A DNA stretch of 64,000 bases from Thermoflexus sp. (GCA_020724465.1 DYGX01000006.1:67603-131602), one strand, 5' to 3'. Numbered from the stretch's first letter, positions 17,601-27,713 are shown. A program made the numbers and translations. The notes: generated by a model not told the origin, from the letters alone.

Positions 17601-18482
17601 ATGGATCCGGAAACGGAGCGCACCCTGCGCGACGCATATCACCTGATCAAGCGCGGCCACAAAGACGCGGCGCGTGCCCGGATCGTGGCCGTCCTGGCGC
17701 GCGACCGGGACAACATCGACGCGTGGTGGCTGGCCGCGCACGCCGCCGCTTCGCCCGCTGATATCCGGCTGGCGCTGGCCCAGGTGCGCCGCCTCGACCC
17801 CCAGCACGCGCCCGCCGCCGCCGCGCTCGCCTACCTCGACCGCGCCTATCCGCTCGATGCCACGCTTGCGCCGGACGCGCTCATCCCGCTGCCGCCCCCA
17901 GGTCACAAAGCCCCGCCGCTGCCCCGCCGCCGGCGCGGACGCACCCGCTGGGTGTGGAACGTGGTGCTGGTTGTTGGGCTGCTGGCGCTGGCCTTCGGCG
18001 TGACGGCGCTCGTCAGCCAGATTGCCGGGATGACCTGGATCGACGAGCTGGTGGACCGCGCCGGTGAGACGCTCGGCGTTGAGATGCGGCCTGGCGCGCG
18101 CGGCGAACTGGGCCAGGTAGTCACCGGTCCCCCGGATGCGCTCCGCGAGCTGCCGGTCACACAGCGCAAGCCGGTCAGCTTCGATAGCGTGCTGATCGGC
18201 TCGCTGCGTCCCGATGAGGCACATGTCTGGACCTTCAGCGCGCAGGCCGGGGCGGAAGTGGCAGCCATGATCCAGTTCACCCGCGCGGGCGATGCCCGCA
18301 ATGTGATGGTGCTGCGCGACGCCGCGGGGACGATCCTGGCGCATGGCGACGGCACGGCTCAAAGCGCCACGATCACCCTGGTCCACGCCCTGCCCCAGAC
18401 CGGCACCTACGAGATCGTGCTCGCCGGCTCGCCGGACGGCGCGCGCGGCGACTACGCGCTCGGCGTCAGCCTGCTCCGCTAG
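17601..18482 (+). CDS. TPR-like N-terminal domain / single TM helix / pre-peptidase C-terminal (PPC)-like domain protein
   Basis: MDPETERTLRDAYHLIKRGHKDAAR... helical repeats. TM helix WVWNVVLVVGLLALAFGVTALV. C-terminal beta-rich block ending GDYALGVSL. Confidence 0.5.
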   Translation: MDPETERTLRDAYHLIKRGHKDAARARIVAVLARDRDNIDAWWLAAHAAASPADIRLALAQVRRLDPQHAPAAAALAYLDRAYPLDATLAPDALIPLPPPGHKAPPLPRRRRGRTRWVWNVVLVVGLLALAFGVTALVSQIAGMTWIDELVDRAGETLGVEMRPGARGELGQVVTGPPDALRELPVTQRKPVSFDSVLIGSLRPDEAHVWTFSAQAGAEVAAMIQFTRAGDARNVMVLRDAAGTILAHGDGTAQSATITLVHALPQTGTYEIVLAGSPDGARGDYALGVSLLR

Positions 18483-18564
18483 CGCGCCGCTGGACACACG
18501 CCGCCCGCCGCGCTATGCTTGCCCCGTTTCACCCGCATAGGCCAGGCCGCAGGAGTGTGACATC

Positions 18565-20658
18565 GTGGAGCGTTGGTATCGAACAGGGCGCCGGTGGCTC
18601 GCCAGAAAACTCATCGCAGGGATGATCGTCGCGCTCGCGCTGGGCGGGGTCGCGCCACGCGCCGACGCGCAGCAGGACGCCATCGACCGGGCGCGCTCCG
18701 TCGTCCAGCAGTGGCTGCAACACCGGCTCGGCAAGCCCGGCCTGCTGCTGATCGAGTATACCTACTCGCTGACCACCTGGCCGAACACCGCGCTCGGCTG
18801 CCCGGTCGAGGGGCAGACCTATGTCGAGGAGGAAGTCACCGGCTATCGCTGGACGTTCCTCTTCGACAATCTGGTGCGCTACGAAGTCCACAGCCGTCAG
18901 GACGGCAGCGACCCGGTCCTGTGCTGGGCGACCAGCATCACCGGCGATGTCCAGCTTGGTCTCTATACCTCGCCCGCCTTTGCGATCCTGGCGCCTGAAG
19001 CGTGGCTGGTCTTTCCCAACGAGAGCGGGAGCGAAGTGCTGTTCGCCCCACAGCAAGTACCGACCTGCGATCAGCCGGGGATGCGGGTTGTCGTGCTGGG
19101 GCGCATCGCCAGCAGCGTCACGGCGGACCAGCTTTTGACCGAGCGCCTGGCCGCGCTCGGCGCCGCCGACGATCCCGCCGCGCGCGAGGCGACCGGCACG
19201 CTCGGCCGCTCGACGGTGGTCGAAATGCCCTGCGAGGGAGCGCCGCGCCAGCTTAAGCTGACCGTGTTCGTTCACTACGGCATGGCCTACCAGGTCGAGC
19301 AGTGGGCGCCCGCCGCCCAGTTCGACCGCTGGAACGGGCTGTTCCGCAACATGCTGAGCCAGTTCACGCCGGGCACGGGCGCGCTGAGCGCCGCGCTCAT
19401 CCAGCCCACCCCGCCCGCTGCGGCAAGCGCCGAGTCTGCCGCGCCGGAATCGCAACCAGTGGCGCCGGATGGGGCGGCAGAAGCGAGCGAACAGCCGGAG
19501 AGCGACGCCCCGCCCCCGTTCGACCCGGCGGCGCTGCCCCCCCTGCCGCTGGCACACGTCTTCGTGGGCGACGTGTTCCTCGGCGCGCTCAACGACATCC
19601 CCGGGCGCAGCGTGACCAATGCGCCCGCCGTCGAGCACCGCTTCGTGACCTTCGCGCCGAGCGGGCTGGCGCTCGCCTTCATCGACGCGGACACCACGCA
19701 GCTCCGCATGCTGCCCGTCGCCAACATCTCGCCGCGCACCCTGGCGGACAACGTCGCGCCGGACTTTCCGCCCGCGTGGAGCCCGGACAGCGCCCAGATC
19801 GCCTTTGTCGCGCCAGAGCCGGACGGCGCGGATAGCACCACACGGACGCTCTACACGGTCCCGGCGCGGGGCGGTACGCCACAAGCCGCCGGCACATTCG
19901 CCTACCAGGGCGGGTGCGAGGCACCTGTGGCAGATGACCCCGCCGACGGCGCGCTGATGCGCGAAACCGGCCCGCTTGGGTGGCGCCCCGTGCTCGAATG
20001 GCTGCCCGGCGACCGGTTTCTGCTCTCCACCGGGTGCGCGGGCGGGCTGGCCCTGTTCGACCCGGCCAGCGGGCAGGCGACGCCGCTCGGCGACGATCTG
20101 CGCGGCGGCGTGCTCGCGCCGGACCGGTCCCGCTTCGCGGCGCGCGCGCCCGGCGGGCTGGTGATCGTCGAGCTGCCGGGCGGGGCGCGGACCGATCTCG
20201 GGTTGGGCAGCGGCGCGGGCGCGCTGGCCTGGGCCGCAGACGGATCGGCGTTGTTCTACGGCACCGAGACGCTCGCCGAACGCCGGACGCTCGAGGATCC
20301 GGCCGATCAGGCGCGCGGCGAGGCGGTGTTCGGCGTCTGGCCCGTCACGATCGGCGTCTACCATCTCAGCTTGGTGCGGCTGGATCTGGCCGGGCCGGTC
20401 GAAAGCACGCTCTGGCAGGGCCAGGGCCGCGCCATCGGGCAGATCGCCCCCGCCCCGGACGGCAGCGGCGTGCTGTTCAGCGTGATCCCCAGCAGCCTGC
20501 CGCTGGCCGAAGTGTTCCAGGCCGGCGGCGACGCGTTCGCGCTGATGAGCGTGCGCCCCACCGCCGCGCTGTTCTGGTTGCCGCGCGGGTCGAGCGTGGC
20601 CGTGCTGCTGTCTTATTCGGGCCAGCCAGCCTTCGCGCCGGTCACCGTCGGGCCATAA
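18565..20658 (+). CDS. secreted protein with TolB/PD40-like beta-propeller repeats
   Basis: Signal peptide ...IVALALGGVAPRADA. Repeats include FAPSGLALAFID and WSPDSAQIAFVAPEPDG. GTG start. Confidence 0.6.
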   Translation: MERWYRTGRRWLARKLIAGMIVALALGGVAPRADAQQDAIDRARSVVQQWLQHRLGKPGLLLIEYTYSLTTWPNTALGCPVEGQTYVEEEVTGYRWTFLFDNLVRYEVHSRQDGSDPVLCWATSITGDVQLGLYTSPAFAILAPEAWLVFPNESGSEVLFAPQQVPTCDQPGMRVVVLGRIASSVTADQLLTERLAALGAADDPAAREATGTLGRSTVVEMPCEGAPRQLKLTVFVHYGMAYQVEQWAPAAQFDRWNGLFRNMLSQFTPGTGALSAALIQPTPPAAASAESAAPESQPVAPDGAAEASEQPESDAPPPFDPAALPPLPLAHVFVGDVFLGALNDIPGRSVTNAPAVEHRFVTFAPSGLALAFIDADTTQLRMLPVANISPRTLADNVAPDFPPAWSPDSAQIAFVAPEPDGADSTTRTLYTVPARGGTPQAAGTFAYQGGCEAPVADDPADGALMRETGPLGWRPVLEWLPGDRFLLSTGCAGGLALFDPASGQATPLGDDLRGGVLAPDRSRFAARAPGGLVIVELPGGARTDLGLGSGAGALAWAADGSALFYGTETLAERRTLEDPADQARGEAVFGVWPVTIGVYHLSLVRLDLAGPVESTLWQGQGRAIGQIAPAPDGSGVLFSVIPSSLPLAEVFQAGGDAFALMSVRPTAALFWLPRGSSVAVLLSYSGQPAFAPVTVGP

Positions 20659-20704
20659 CAGCCGGTGAATTCCTCGAACAAGCAGGTATGCGTGAGTAAA
20701 GCGT

Positions 20705-20725
20705 GGCCGGAGCGCATCTCCGGCC
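20705..20725. terminator. GC hairpin between convergent genes
   Basis: GGCCGGAG CGCAT CTCCGGCC. No strong T-tract. Confidence 0.35.
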
Positions 20726-20732
20726 GTAGGCG

Positions 20733-21089
20733 CTAGTCGGAGCGGAGCGAGTGCCAGAGGGCCAGGCGGTTGCCGCTGGGGTCGGCGAAGAACGCCATCT
20801 CGCCAAAATCACCCACCGGGAAGCGCGACGAGAGCGCCTTGCCGCCATTCGCCTCGATGCGACGCAGATCGGCGTCGATGTCGTCGCTCTCCAGGTAGAG
20901 AACGATGTGGCCCGGCTGGTAGAAGTCCTGAATGTCGGTCAGGCCGCCGCCGACATTCCCGGCATTCACAAGGGTATACGGAGCGGGTGCGTCCCGGTGC
21001 TCAAAAGTCCAGCCGAAGACATCGTAAAAGAATTGGGCCAGCACCTCACGATCTTTTGCGGGAATCTCGAAATGCACGATCGGGCGCAT
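20733..21089 (-). CDS. VOC (glyoxalase/bleomycin-resistance/dioxygenase) family protein
   Basis: MRPIVHFEIPAKD ... FFADPSGNRLALW is a typical VOC fold sequence. Confidence 0.85.
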   Translation of the reverse strand: MRPIVHFEIPAKDREVLAQFFYDVFGWTFEHRDAPAPYTLVNAGNVGGGLTDIQDFYQPGHIVLYLESDDIDADLRRIEANGGKALSSRFPVGDFGEMAFFADPSGNRLALWHSLRSD

Positions 21090-21340
21090 GTCATGGATTC
21101 TCCTGGTAGGTCTTGCCGGTGTCATCTACTCATGATAGCACAAATGTTCTGATTGAGTCAATAGATCGGCTCCGTGCGTGAGCGAAACGTCCCGGCTTCG
21201 TAGGTTAACCGTAGCGCGCGATCGGTTGCTTTTGCCCTTCATCCTTCGTATGCTTGTTAGGGCGGCATGCGGTCTGGGCCGCTCGCCGCGCTGATGGGAA
21301 AAGACAAGCCACCCGGCGCCGCCGTGCCGGGAGCGGAGAA

Positions 21341-22870
21341 ATGGGACATCGCATGATTTTGAAGCGCAAACTCAGCCGGTGGCCGGTGGCGCTGGTAACC
21401 ATCGCCGCACTGGCTCTGCTGGCGGGCGCGTGCGGCAGCGAGGCCGAAACGCTGCGCGTGTATGTCACGCCCACGCCGCAGAACGCCGCCGACAACGAAG
21501 CGCAGAACGAGAACACGCTGGTCGTCCTCTCCAACGAGGTCCCCGGCGCCCGGCCCGATCAAGGCGCCGTCGCGACGGCCACCCCCGGATCGTTTGGGCC
21601 GATCATAACCGCCGCGCCGGCTTCGGAAACCGCGCCGCCGCCCAGCCCCACCCCGACCGCGACCACCGGGCCGAGCGCCACCCCGACCCCGTCGCCCACC
21701 GCGACCGTGTCGCCAACGGCCACGCTGGAGCCGACGCCAACTATCGCGGGCACGCCGCTGCCCACCTACAACGCCGATCTGATGGGCATTCAGATCAACG
21801 CCAACATGTCCAACGAGGACTTCGCCACGATGCTGTGGCTGACGCAGCGGTTGGGCGTCAAGTGGGTCAAGTTCCAGATGGCGTGGAAGGACATGGAGCC
21901 GGAGCGTGGCCAGCTCAGCGAGATGTTTTACCGCTATCGGGTCTTCGTGCAGGACGCGCACGCCGCCGGCTTCAACGTGATGCTGAGCATCGCCAAAGCA
22001 CCGGCCTGGGCGCGGGCCACCGCTGAGGAAGACGGCCCGCCCGCCAACCCGCAAGACCTGGCGACCTTCATCAACACGCTGATGAGCGAGGTCCGCACAG
22101 ACATCACCGGCCGATCCTATTTCGCTGCGATTGAAGTCTGGAACGAGCCGAATCTGCGCCGCGAGTGGAACGGTGCGGAGCTGAGCGGCGCGGCCTATAT
22201 GCGCCTCTTTGACGCCGCCTACCAGGCTATCCGCGCCGGCGAAGGGGGCGCGGGCGTGACGATCATCACCGCCGGGCTGGCGCCGACCGGCATCAACGAC
22301 GGTGTCCAGGCAGTCGCCGACCGCACCTTCCTGCGCCAGATGTACGCTGCCGGGCTGGCCGATCCCCGCTATCAGAATATCGCCATCGGCGTTCACCCTT
22401 ACGGCGCGGCCAACCCGCCCGACGCCCGCTGCTGCCCCAACTCGGGGAACGGCTACGACAACGATCCCACCTGGTTCTTCCTCGACACGCTGGAAGACTA
22501 TCACCGCATCATGCAGGAAAGCGGGGACCCGGGCCGCCAGTTGTGGGCAACTGAGTTCGGTTGGGGGACTTACGAGGGCTTCGTGGACGAGGAAGGGACG
22601 CCGGTCCCGCCCCCGGTCGATCCGCCTTACCTGGGCTGGCTCAGCCAGGAACAGCAGGCGCATTACATTCTGCGCGCCTTCGAGATCGCTCAGGACCTGC
22701 CGTATGTGGGCGTGATGGTGCTGTGGAACCTCAACTTCTCGGCGGCGCAGCACGTCATGGAAGGGAACCCGCAGGCATCCTACGCGCTGCTCATCCCCAA
22801 CGTGGTTGATCCGCTGCGCCCGGCGTTCAAGCTGCTCGAAGCGGCGCCCAAGGTCAGTTCCTCGCCATAG
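21341..22870 (+). CDS. lipoprotein, clan GH-A (GH5-like) glycoside hydrolase with Pro/Thr-rich linker
   Basis: Lipobox LLAGAC. PT-rich linker PSPTPTATTGPSATPTPSPTATVSPT. Acid/base IEVWNEPN and nucleophile LWATEFGW. Confidence 0.7.
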   Translation: MGHRMILKRKLSRWPVALVTIAALALLAGACGSEAETLRVYVTPTPQNAADNEAQNENTLVVLSNEVPGARPDQGAVATATPGSFGPIITAAPASETAPPPSPTPTATTGPSATPTPSPTATVSPTATLEPTPTIAGTPLPTYNADLMGIQINANMSNEDFATMLWLTQRLGVKWVKFQMAWKDMEPERGQLSEMFYRYRVFVQDAHAAGFNVMLSIAKAPAWARATAEEDGPPANPQDLATFINTLMSEVRTDITGRSYFAAIEVWNEPNLRREWNGAELSGAAYMRLFDAAYQAIRAGEGGAGVTIITAGLAPTGINDGVQAVADRTFLRQMYAAGLADPRYQNIAIGVHPYGAANPPDARCCPNSGNGYDNDPTWFFLDTLEDYHRIMQESGDPGRQLWATEFGWGTYEGFVDEEGTPVPPPVDPPYLGWLSQEQQAHYILRAFEIAQDLPYVGVMVLWNLNFSAAQHVMEGNPQASYALLIPNVVDPLRPAFKLLEAAPKVSSSP

Positions 22871-22977
22871 GCGCGAAGTCCACGCCGCACGCGATCATAA
22901 CGGGAGCGCGCTCGCCGAGTGCGCTCCCGCTGCGTCTGGCTGTGGGTACGGTGGGTGGCCGCGCGGCCCCTGCCGTG

Positions 22978-23448
22978 TCAGTCTTCGCGGCTGGCGGCAA
23001 GCTGTTCCAGATGCTCCTCGTAGTGCCCGTAGGTGTTGCCCTCAATCCAGTCCACGAATGGGCGGCCGTTGGTCCAGGTGAAGCGGTGCGGGTCGAACAG
23101 GTCTGCGTCTGGCGCGGTTTCGATCAGCGCCAGCACATCCTCATACGCCTGGCGCTCGTCGCGCAGGATCTCGTCCAGCGGCCGGTCGCGGTTCTCGCGG
23201 AAGACCCGCGCGTTCAGCTCGTCGATCGTCGCCTCATACGCCGGGTCCAGTGTTGCGTCGCGCTGGAGCGTGGTCAAGATGCGGTGCACATGACGCTCCC
23301 AAAACCCGATGTGCGCCATCAGGTCTTTGAACGACCATCCGTTGTCAAGCTGTGGCTCTGTCCACTGCTCCCTGGGGATCTCGGCCAGGGCGGCTTCGAG
23401 TCGCGCGCGCCCCTCATGCACACGGCGCAGCAGTTCTGCTTTGTCCAT
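22978..23448 (-). CDS. DinB-like / ClbS-DfsB-like four-helix-bundle protein
   Basis: KAELLRRVHEGRARLEAALAEI, WSFKDLMAHIGFW and C-terminal GNTYGHYEEHLEQL. Confidence 0.6.
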   Translation of the reverse strand: MDKAELLRRVHEGRARLEAALAEIPREQWTEPQLDNGWSFKDLMAHIGFWERHVHRILTTLQRDATLDPAYEATIDELNARVFRENRDRPLDEILRDERQAYEDVLALIETAPDADLFDPHRFTWTNGRPFVDWIEGNTYGHYEEHLEQLAASRED

Positions 23449-23592
23449 ACGAACCGCCTTCCCTCTGCTTGTCGATAGGCAGAGTTTAGCGCACAAGCCG
23501 CCAACCCGCGCTATTTTCTGGAGGGCGCGTCATGCAAAACGGCCGGGCGTCATCCCGGCCGTACCTGCCTTCCTGGCGCGAGACGCGCTCGA

Positions 23593-25398
23593 TCAACGGG
23601 TGAGCAGGCGCAGCAAAGCCAGCAGCAGCGCGCTCCCTAGCCCGACCACGCCGGCCAGCCCCAGCACGATCAGCGCGCTGTTTTCCCACAGACGGTCGAA
23701 CATCGTCTGCACGTCCTGGCGGCCTTCGGGCGCCAGACTGACCTGCGGCGCTACCGCCCCCGGTTCGATGATCTCGACGGACTCGTCGATGGGCGCCAGA
23801 TCCGCCGCCACGCGCGGCGCGCGGCCTTCCAGCGCGCCGAAGTCCCACAGCACCTGCCCGCCTTTCAGCAGCGTCACCATCACGCGGTCCGGCGTGGTCG
23901 GCCCGTAGCCATCCGGCAGCGCGGCGCTGACCTCATAGGCGCCCGCCGGCAGATCGGTGCAGAGCGGGTCATCGCCAGCGGCCACCGTGAATGTGCGCGG
24001 CGGCTCCCCGCCGCGTGTCACGACGATCTCCGCGCCGTCCAGCCCGCTTTCACCCGCGTCGAGGCGGCCGTTTTCGTTCGTGTCCTCAAAAACCCGCACG
24101 CACAACGCGCCCGTCTCCGCCGTCAGATCGGGCGCGGCAGCGACCGCCTGCGCCGTCGGGCTGGCTGTGGCGGTGGGACGCAGCGTGGCGGTCATGCTCG
24201 GCGTGGCGGTTGGCGTGCTGGACGCAGCAGCCGCCTGCACCGCCGGCGACGCGGTCGGCGAGGCGGATGCGGTCGGCGAGGCGGATGCGGTCGGGCGCGG
24301 CGTAGACGTCGCCGGGCGCCGGATCCCCGTGCCGGGAGTGCGCGGCGTGACGGTCGGAACCGGCGTGGCGACCTGCCCGCCCGGAGCCGTCCTTGTGCGG
24401 ACCGGCGTGAGGCTGCCGCGCTCGGAGTCGCTCAGCAAACGGCCGGTCACCGGGTCCACCGATCCGGGCGGCAGAATCATAAGCTCGCGACCGGGGATCA
24501 ATAGCGCGGTCCGCGGCATGATGCCCTCGTTCAGCGCCGCGATCGACTCGCGAGTGACGCCGTACTGGGCGTAGGCATAGGCGATGCTGAACAGCGTGTC
24601 GCCCTGCTGGATGATGTGCACGATGCTCCCGTCCGGGCGCACGCCTTGCGGCACGACAAACGGCACTTCCTGGACGACCGGCGGCGGAGCACCCTCACCA
24701 CCTGCGCCCGCGGTGGGTGCTTCGTCGGTGCGCACCAACTGCGCGCTGTCCCAATAGACATTGTTCAGCGCCAGCCCCTGCGCCTGAGTCATGTACAGGA
24801 AGACGGTCACCGCGTCGCCCCGCGCCTCGGCCACCACGCTGAGCTGCGCCCATTGGTCGTAGGGCGCGGCGCTGCCCGACCAGACCACATTCGGCGACAG
24901 CGGGTCCGTGCCGCCCGTCGGGTCGATCCCCACCTTGACCGACGCGCCCGCCGCCGGATCCGAGCGGCGATAGGGGGGATCCGGAATGATGCAGGATGTG
25001 CTGGTATCGTTGCAGGTGTAGACCCAGGCCGACGCCGAGGCGCGCAGCCGCGTGCCGGGTTGCAGCCCGCTGACGCGCTGATAGCCCGCCGCGGTAAAAG
25101 CGGTGTAGCCCTGCTTTACGTTCCAGGAAACCTCGCCGTCCAGCACCTGGATGCGGTCGGTGTGGGGAAACGCCTCGGGCGCCCCGCCGCCAACCCACAG
25201 GCTCCAGCCATTTGGCGCGGTGCGGGTCGGCGCGCCCTGCCCGTAATACGGGCGTTCCAGCCCGCCGTTGACGAGCAGGTTGGTCTGCGCGGCTGTCTGG
25301 CCGGGCGCCCAGGCCAGCAGCCCGCCGATCAGCGCGAGAACAAGCGCAAAAGCCCCCAGCGGGCGCCATCTCATCATCTCCACCAACTCCTGAGCCAT
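23593..25398 (-). CDS. secreted LysM-domain protein with CBM-like N-terminal domain, SdrD-B/Cna-B-like domain and C-terminal TM anchor
   Basis: Signal peptide MRWRPLGAFALVLALIGGLLAWAPGQTAAQ. LysM HIIQQGDTLFSIAYAYAQYGVT...LIPGRELMI. VFEDTNENGRLDAGESGLDGAEIVVT. C-terminal helix ALIVLGLAGVVGLGSALLLALL. Confidence 0.7.
   Translation of the reverse strand: MAQELVEMMRWRPLGAFALVLALIGGLLAWAPGQTAAQTNLLVNGGLERPYYGQGAPTRTAPNGWSLWVGGGAPEAFPHTDRIQVLDGEVSWNVKQGYTAFTAAGYQRVSGLQPGTRLRASASAWVYTCNDTSTSCIIPDPPYRRSDPAAGASVKVGIDPTGGTDPLSPNVVWSGSAAPYDQWAQLSVVAEARGDAVTVFLYMTQAQGLALNNVYWDSAQLVRTDEAPTAGAGGEGAPPPVVQEVPFVVPQGVRPDGSIVHIIQQGDTLFSIAYAYAQYGVTRESIAALNEGIMPRTALLIPGRELMILPPGSVDPVTGRLLSDSERGSLTPVRTRTAPGGQVATPVPTVTPRTPGTGIRRPATSTPRPTASASPTASASPTASPAVQAAAASSTPTATPSMTATLRPTATASPTAQAVAAAPDLTAETGALCVRVFEDTNENGRLDAGESGLDGAEIVVTRGGEPPRTFTVAAGDDPLCTDLPAGAYEVSAALPDGYGPTTPDRVMVTLLKGGQVLWDFGALEGRAPRVAADLAPIDESVEIIEPGAVAPQVSLAPEGRQDVQTMFDRLWENSALIVLGLAGVVGLGSALLLALLRLLTR
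24251..24300. repeat. 18-bp tandem repeat (about 2.7 copies) inside the LysM gene linker
   Basis: GCGGTCGGCGAGGCGGAT occurs at 24251-24268 and 24269-24286, followed by a partial unit. Encodes (PTASAS)n on the minus strand. Confidence 0.8.
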
Positions 25399-25567
25399 TC
25401 CGACACTGAGGCCGACAAAAAACACACCAGGCCCGCAGCAACCATCAAGCAGCACTGGCGTGTTTCCCAAACTTCATCGGTGGCTGATTGCTCGCAGCCG
25501 GTCCAGCGAGGCGGAGTATACCACGACCCCGCACGCTGTCAACGCCGGGCGCGCCCGTGCAGACGCG

Positions 25568-26503
25568 CTACAACGGGGGAAGCGCCGCCGGCTGCGCGTC
25601 CGTGTCCGCCAGAAACGCATCGAGGTGATCGATGAGCGCTTCGGGCGCATCTTCGGCCAGCAGGTGCCCCGCCCGGTCCAGCAGGTGCGGACCGCGCGCC
25701 GTCAGGATGTGGCGCTTCCAGTGCCGGGCGACATCCGGCCCAAAGATCGGGTTGCGCGCGCCCCACAACAGCAGCGTCGGGATGTCTTCCAGCTCGGCCA
25801 GGCCGCGCTCGATCTCGCGCATGGCCGGCGCTGAGGGATGATCCGGCCCCAGCGGGATCAGGCGCGGAAACTGGACCAGCGCGGTCCGGCTGCGGTTGTC
25901 GCGAAAGGGCGCGCGGTAGCCGCCCAGCACGGCGGGGGTCAGGCGGCGGACCGTCTCGCGCTGCAGGACGACGGTCGGCGCCAGGTTGAAGGTCCGGAAC
26001 AGCAGCTCGCCCACGCCCGGCAGCGTCACAAAGCGCACCAGCCGCTCCATGCGCGGGGGATAGGAGTCCACGAATCCCCACGTGTTCATGATCACCAGAC
26101 GCCGGACGTTGGCGCAGCGCCGGATCGTGTAGCCCAGCGCCAGCGGACCGCCCCAGTCTTCCATGAGCAGCGTGATGCCGGTCAGACCGAGCGTGGTGAT
26201 CAGCTCCAGCAGGTTGTGGATATGGCGGCGCAGCGTGTGATAGCGCGCGCTGACCGGCTTGTCGCTCAGGCCGAAGCCGATGTGATCCATCGCAATGCAG
26301 CGGAAACCGCGCGCGGCGTAGTAGACCAGCAGCGCGCGGTAGGTGAAGCTCCAGGTCGGATATCCATGCACAAAGACCAGCACCTCGCCGTCGGGCGCGC
26401 CCTCGTCCACATAGTGCATCTGCCGGCCATCGCTCAGCGTGAGATAGCGTGATCGGAAGGGGTACAGGGCACGGGTCGGTTCGGGCAACACCACAGTTGC
26501 CAT
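25568..26503 (-). CDS. haloalkane dehalogenase-like alpha/beta hydrolase
   Basis: YVDEG..VLVFVHGYPTWSFTYR, the Asp-nucleophile block MEDWGGP, and ATG 26503 (MATVVLPEP). Confidence 0.8.
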   Translation of the reverse strand: MATVVLPEPTRALYPFRSRYLTLSDGRQMHYVDEGAPDGEVLVFVHGYPTWSFTYRALLVYYAARGFRCIAMDHIGFGLSDKPVSARYHTLRRHIHNLLELITTLGLTGITLLMEDWGGPLALGYTIRRCANVRRLVIMNTWGFVDSYPPRMERLVRFVTLPGVGELLFRTFNLAPTVVLQRETVRRLTPAVLGGYRAPFRDNRSRTALVQFPRLIPLGPDHPSAPAMREIERGLAELEDIPTLLLWGARNPIFGPDVARHWKRHILTARGPHLLDRAGHLLAEDAPEALIDHLDAFLADTDAQPAALPPL

Positions 26504-26653
26504 GGATATCCTTTCTCGCTTGCGTCGATCCTGCCAGCCCGCACTTGCCCAAGACCGCACCTGCCCAGTGCCCGGCGGGGATTGCGCGATTTTCATTGTA
26601 CGCCAGGTTGCCCATTCAGGGAACCGAGCGCCCGCCCCGCGTCGCGGGCCGAC

Positions 26654-26683
26654 TTCACACAGATTTTAGAGACGCGGTATACT
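26654..26683 (+). promoter_or_regulatory. candidate sigma70-type promoter (TTCACA-18-TATACT) for the PfkB kinase gene
   Basis: Hexamers read directly. Lies about 60 nt upstream of ATG 26745, which has the RBS AAGGAG. Confidence 0.3.
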
Positions 26684-26744
26684 AAATCCGATACGGCGCG
26701 GCCGTTCTGCCTCACTCCCACCATGCAAGGAGCGAAGCCACCCT

Positions 26745-27713
26745 ATGGATGTTCTGTGTCTCGGAGAAGCCCTGATCGATTTCGTGTCCCGCGAGCGGGG
26801 CGCCACGCTGGTCACCGCGGTGCATTACTCGGCAGCCACGGGGGGCGCCCCGGCCAACGTCGCCGCTGGTCTGAGCAAGCTGGGGCGCCACGCCCGCCTG
26901 ATTGCCACCGTGGGCAGCGACGCATTTGGGCGCAAGATCGTGCACGACCTCGAGGCCGTCGGCGTTGACTGCGCGCTGCGTATGGACCCCGACCATTTCA
27001 CCACGCTGGCCTTCGTCAAACAGGGTGAGGAAGGCGACCGCGATTTTGAGTTTTGCTCCGGCGCGCACGATTATCTGCTGCCCGAACAGGTACGCGAAGA
27101 AGAGGTGCGCCAGGCCAAAGTGCTGCACTACGGCTCGATCAGCCTGCGCGCGCCGGTCTCGCGCGAGGCGACGCTCAAGGCGATCCGCATCGCCAAAGAC
27201 GCGGGCGTCGTCTGCTCGTGCGACCCCAACTGGCGCGCGAACCTGTGGCCGGATGCCGGCCAGGGGCGCGCCGCCATGCTCGAAGCCATCTCGCACGCCG
27301 ATATTCTGAAGATCAGCGGCGACGACCTGGCGTTTGTCGTGCCGGACGAACCGGATTTCAGCGCGGCGCTGAGCCGGGCCGGGTTCCGCGGGCGGCTGGC
27401 GGCGGTCACGCTGGGACGCGATGGATCGTGGTATCAGGCCGGCAGCCGGACCGGGCAGGTGCCCTCGCCCCATGTCCAGGTCGTCGAGACCACCGGGGCC
27501 GGTGACGCGTTCACCGCTTCGCTGCTCGACCGCCTGCTTGATGTGGATCTGAACGTCGACGCGCTGGCGGATGACGAGCTACACCAGATCGTGCAGCGTG
27601 CCTGTGCCGCCGGGGCGCTAACCGCCACCGGCTACGGCGCGATCCCATCGCTGCCGGACGCGCGCGGCATCGACGCCTTGCTGCGCATGGTGGGGGTTGA
27701 TGCGGGGCGTTGA
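26745..27713 (+). CDS. PfkB-family carbohydrate kinase (fructokinase / ketodeoxygluconokinase-like)
   Basis: MDVLCLGEALIDFV, GGAPANVAAGLSKLG and the C-terminal TTGAGDAF motif. Confidence 0.85.
   Translation: MDVLCLGEALIDFVSRERGATLVTAVHYSAATGGAPANVAAGLSKLGRHARLIATVGSDAFGRKIVHDLEAVGVDCALRMDPDHFTTLAFVKQGEEGDRDFEFCSGAHDYLLPEQVREEEVRQAKVLHYGSISLRAPVSREATLKAIRIAKDAGVVCSCDPNWRANLWPDAGQGRAAMLEAISHADILKISGDDLAFVVPDEPDFSAALSRAGFRGRLAAVTLGRDGSWYQAGSRTGQVPSPHVQVVETTGAGDAFTASLLDRLLDVDLNVDALADDELHQIVQRACAAGALTATGYGAIPSLPDARGIDALLRMVGVDAGR

Noticed and set aside
18529-20364. 611-aa minus-strand ORF antisense to the secreted beta-propeller gene. Similar long antisense ORFs are at 16393-17637, 21257-22753, 38550-39623, 46539-47726, 50731-51897, 54184-56502 and 58261-59739.
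   Set aside because: All are Arg/Gly/Pro/Ala-rich and lack motifs, RBS or sensible starts. Each overlaps, on the opposite strand, a gene with strong family signatures. I treat them as high-GC shadow ORFs.
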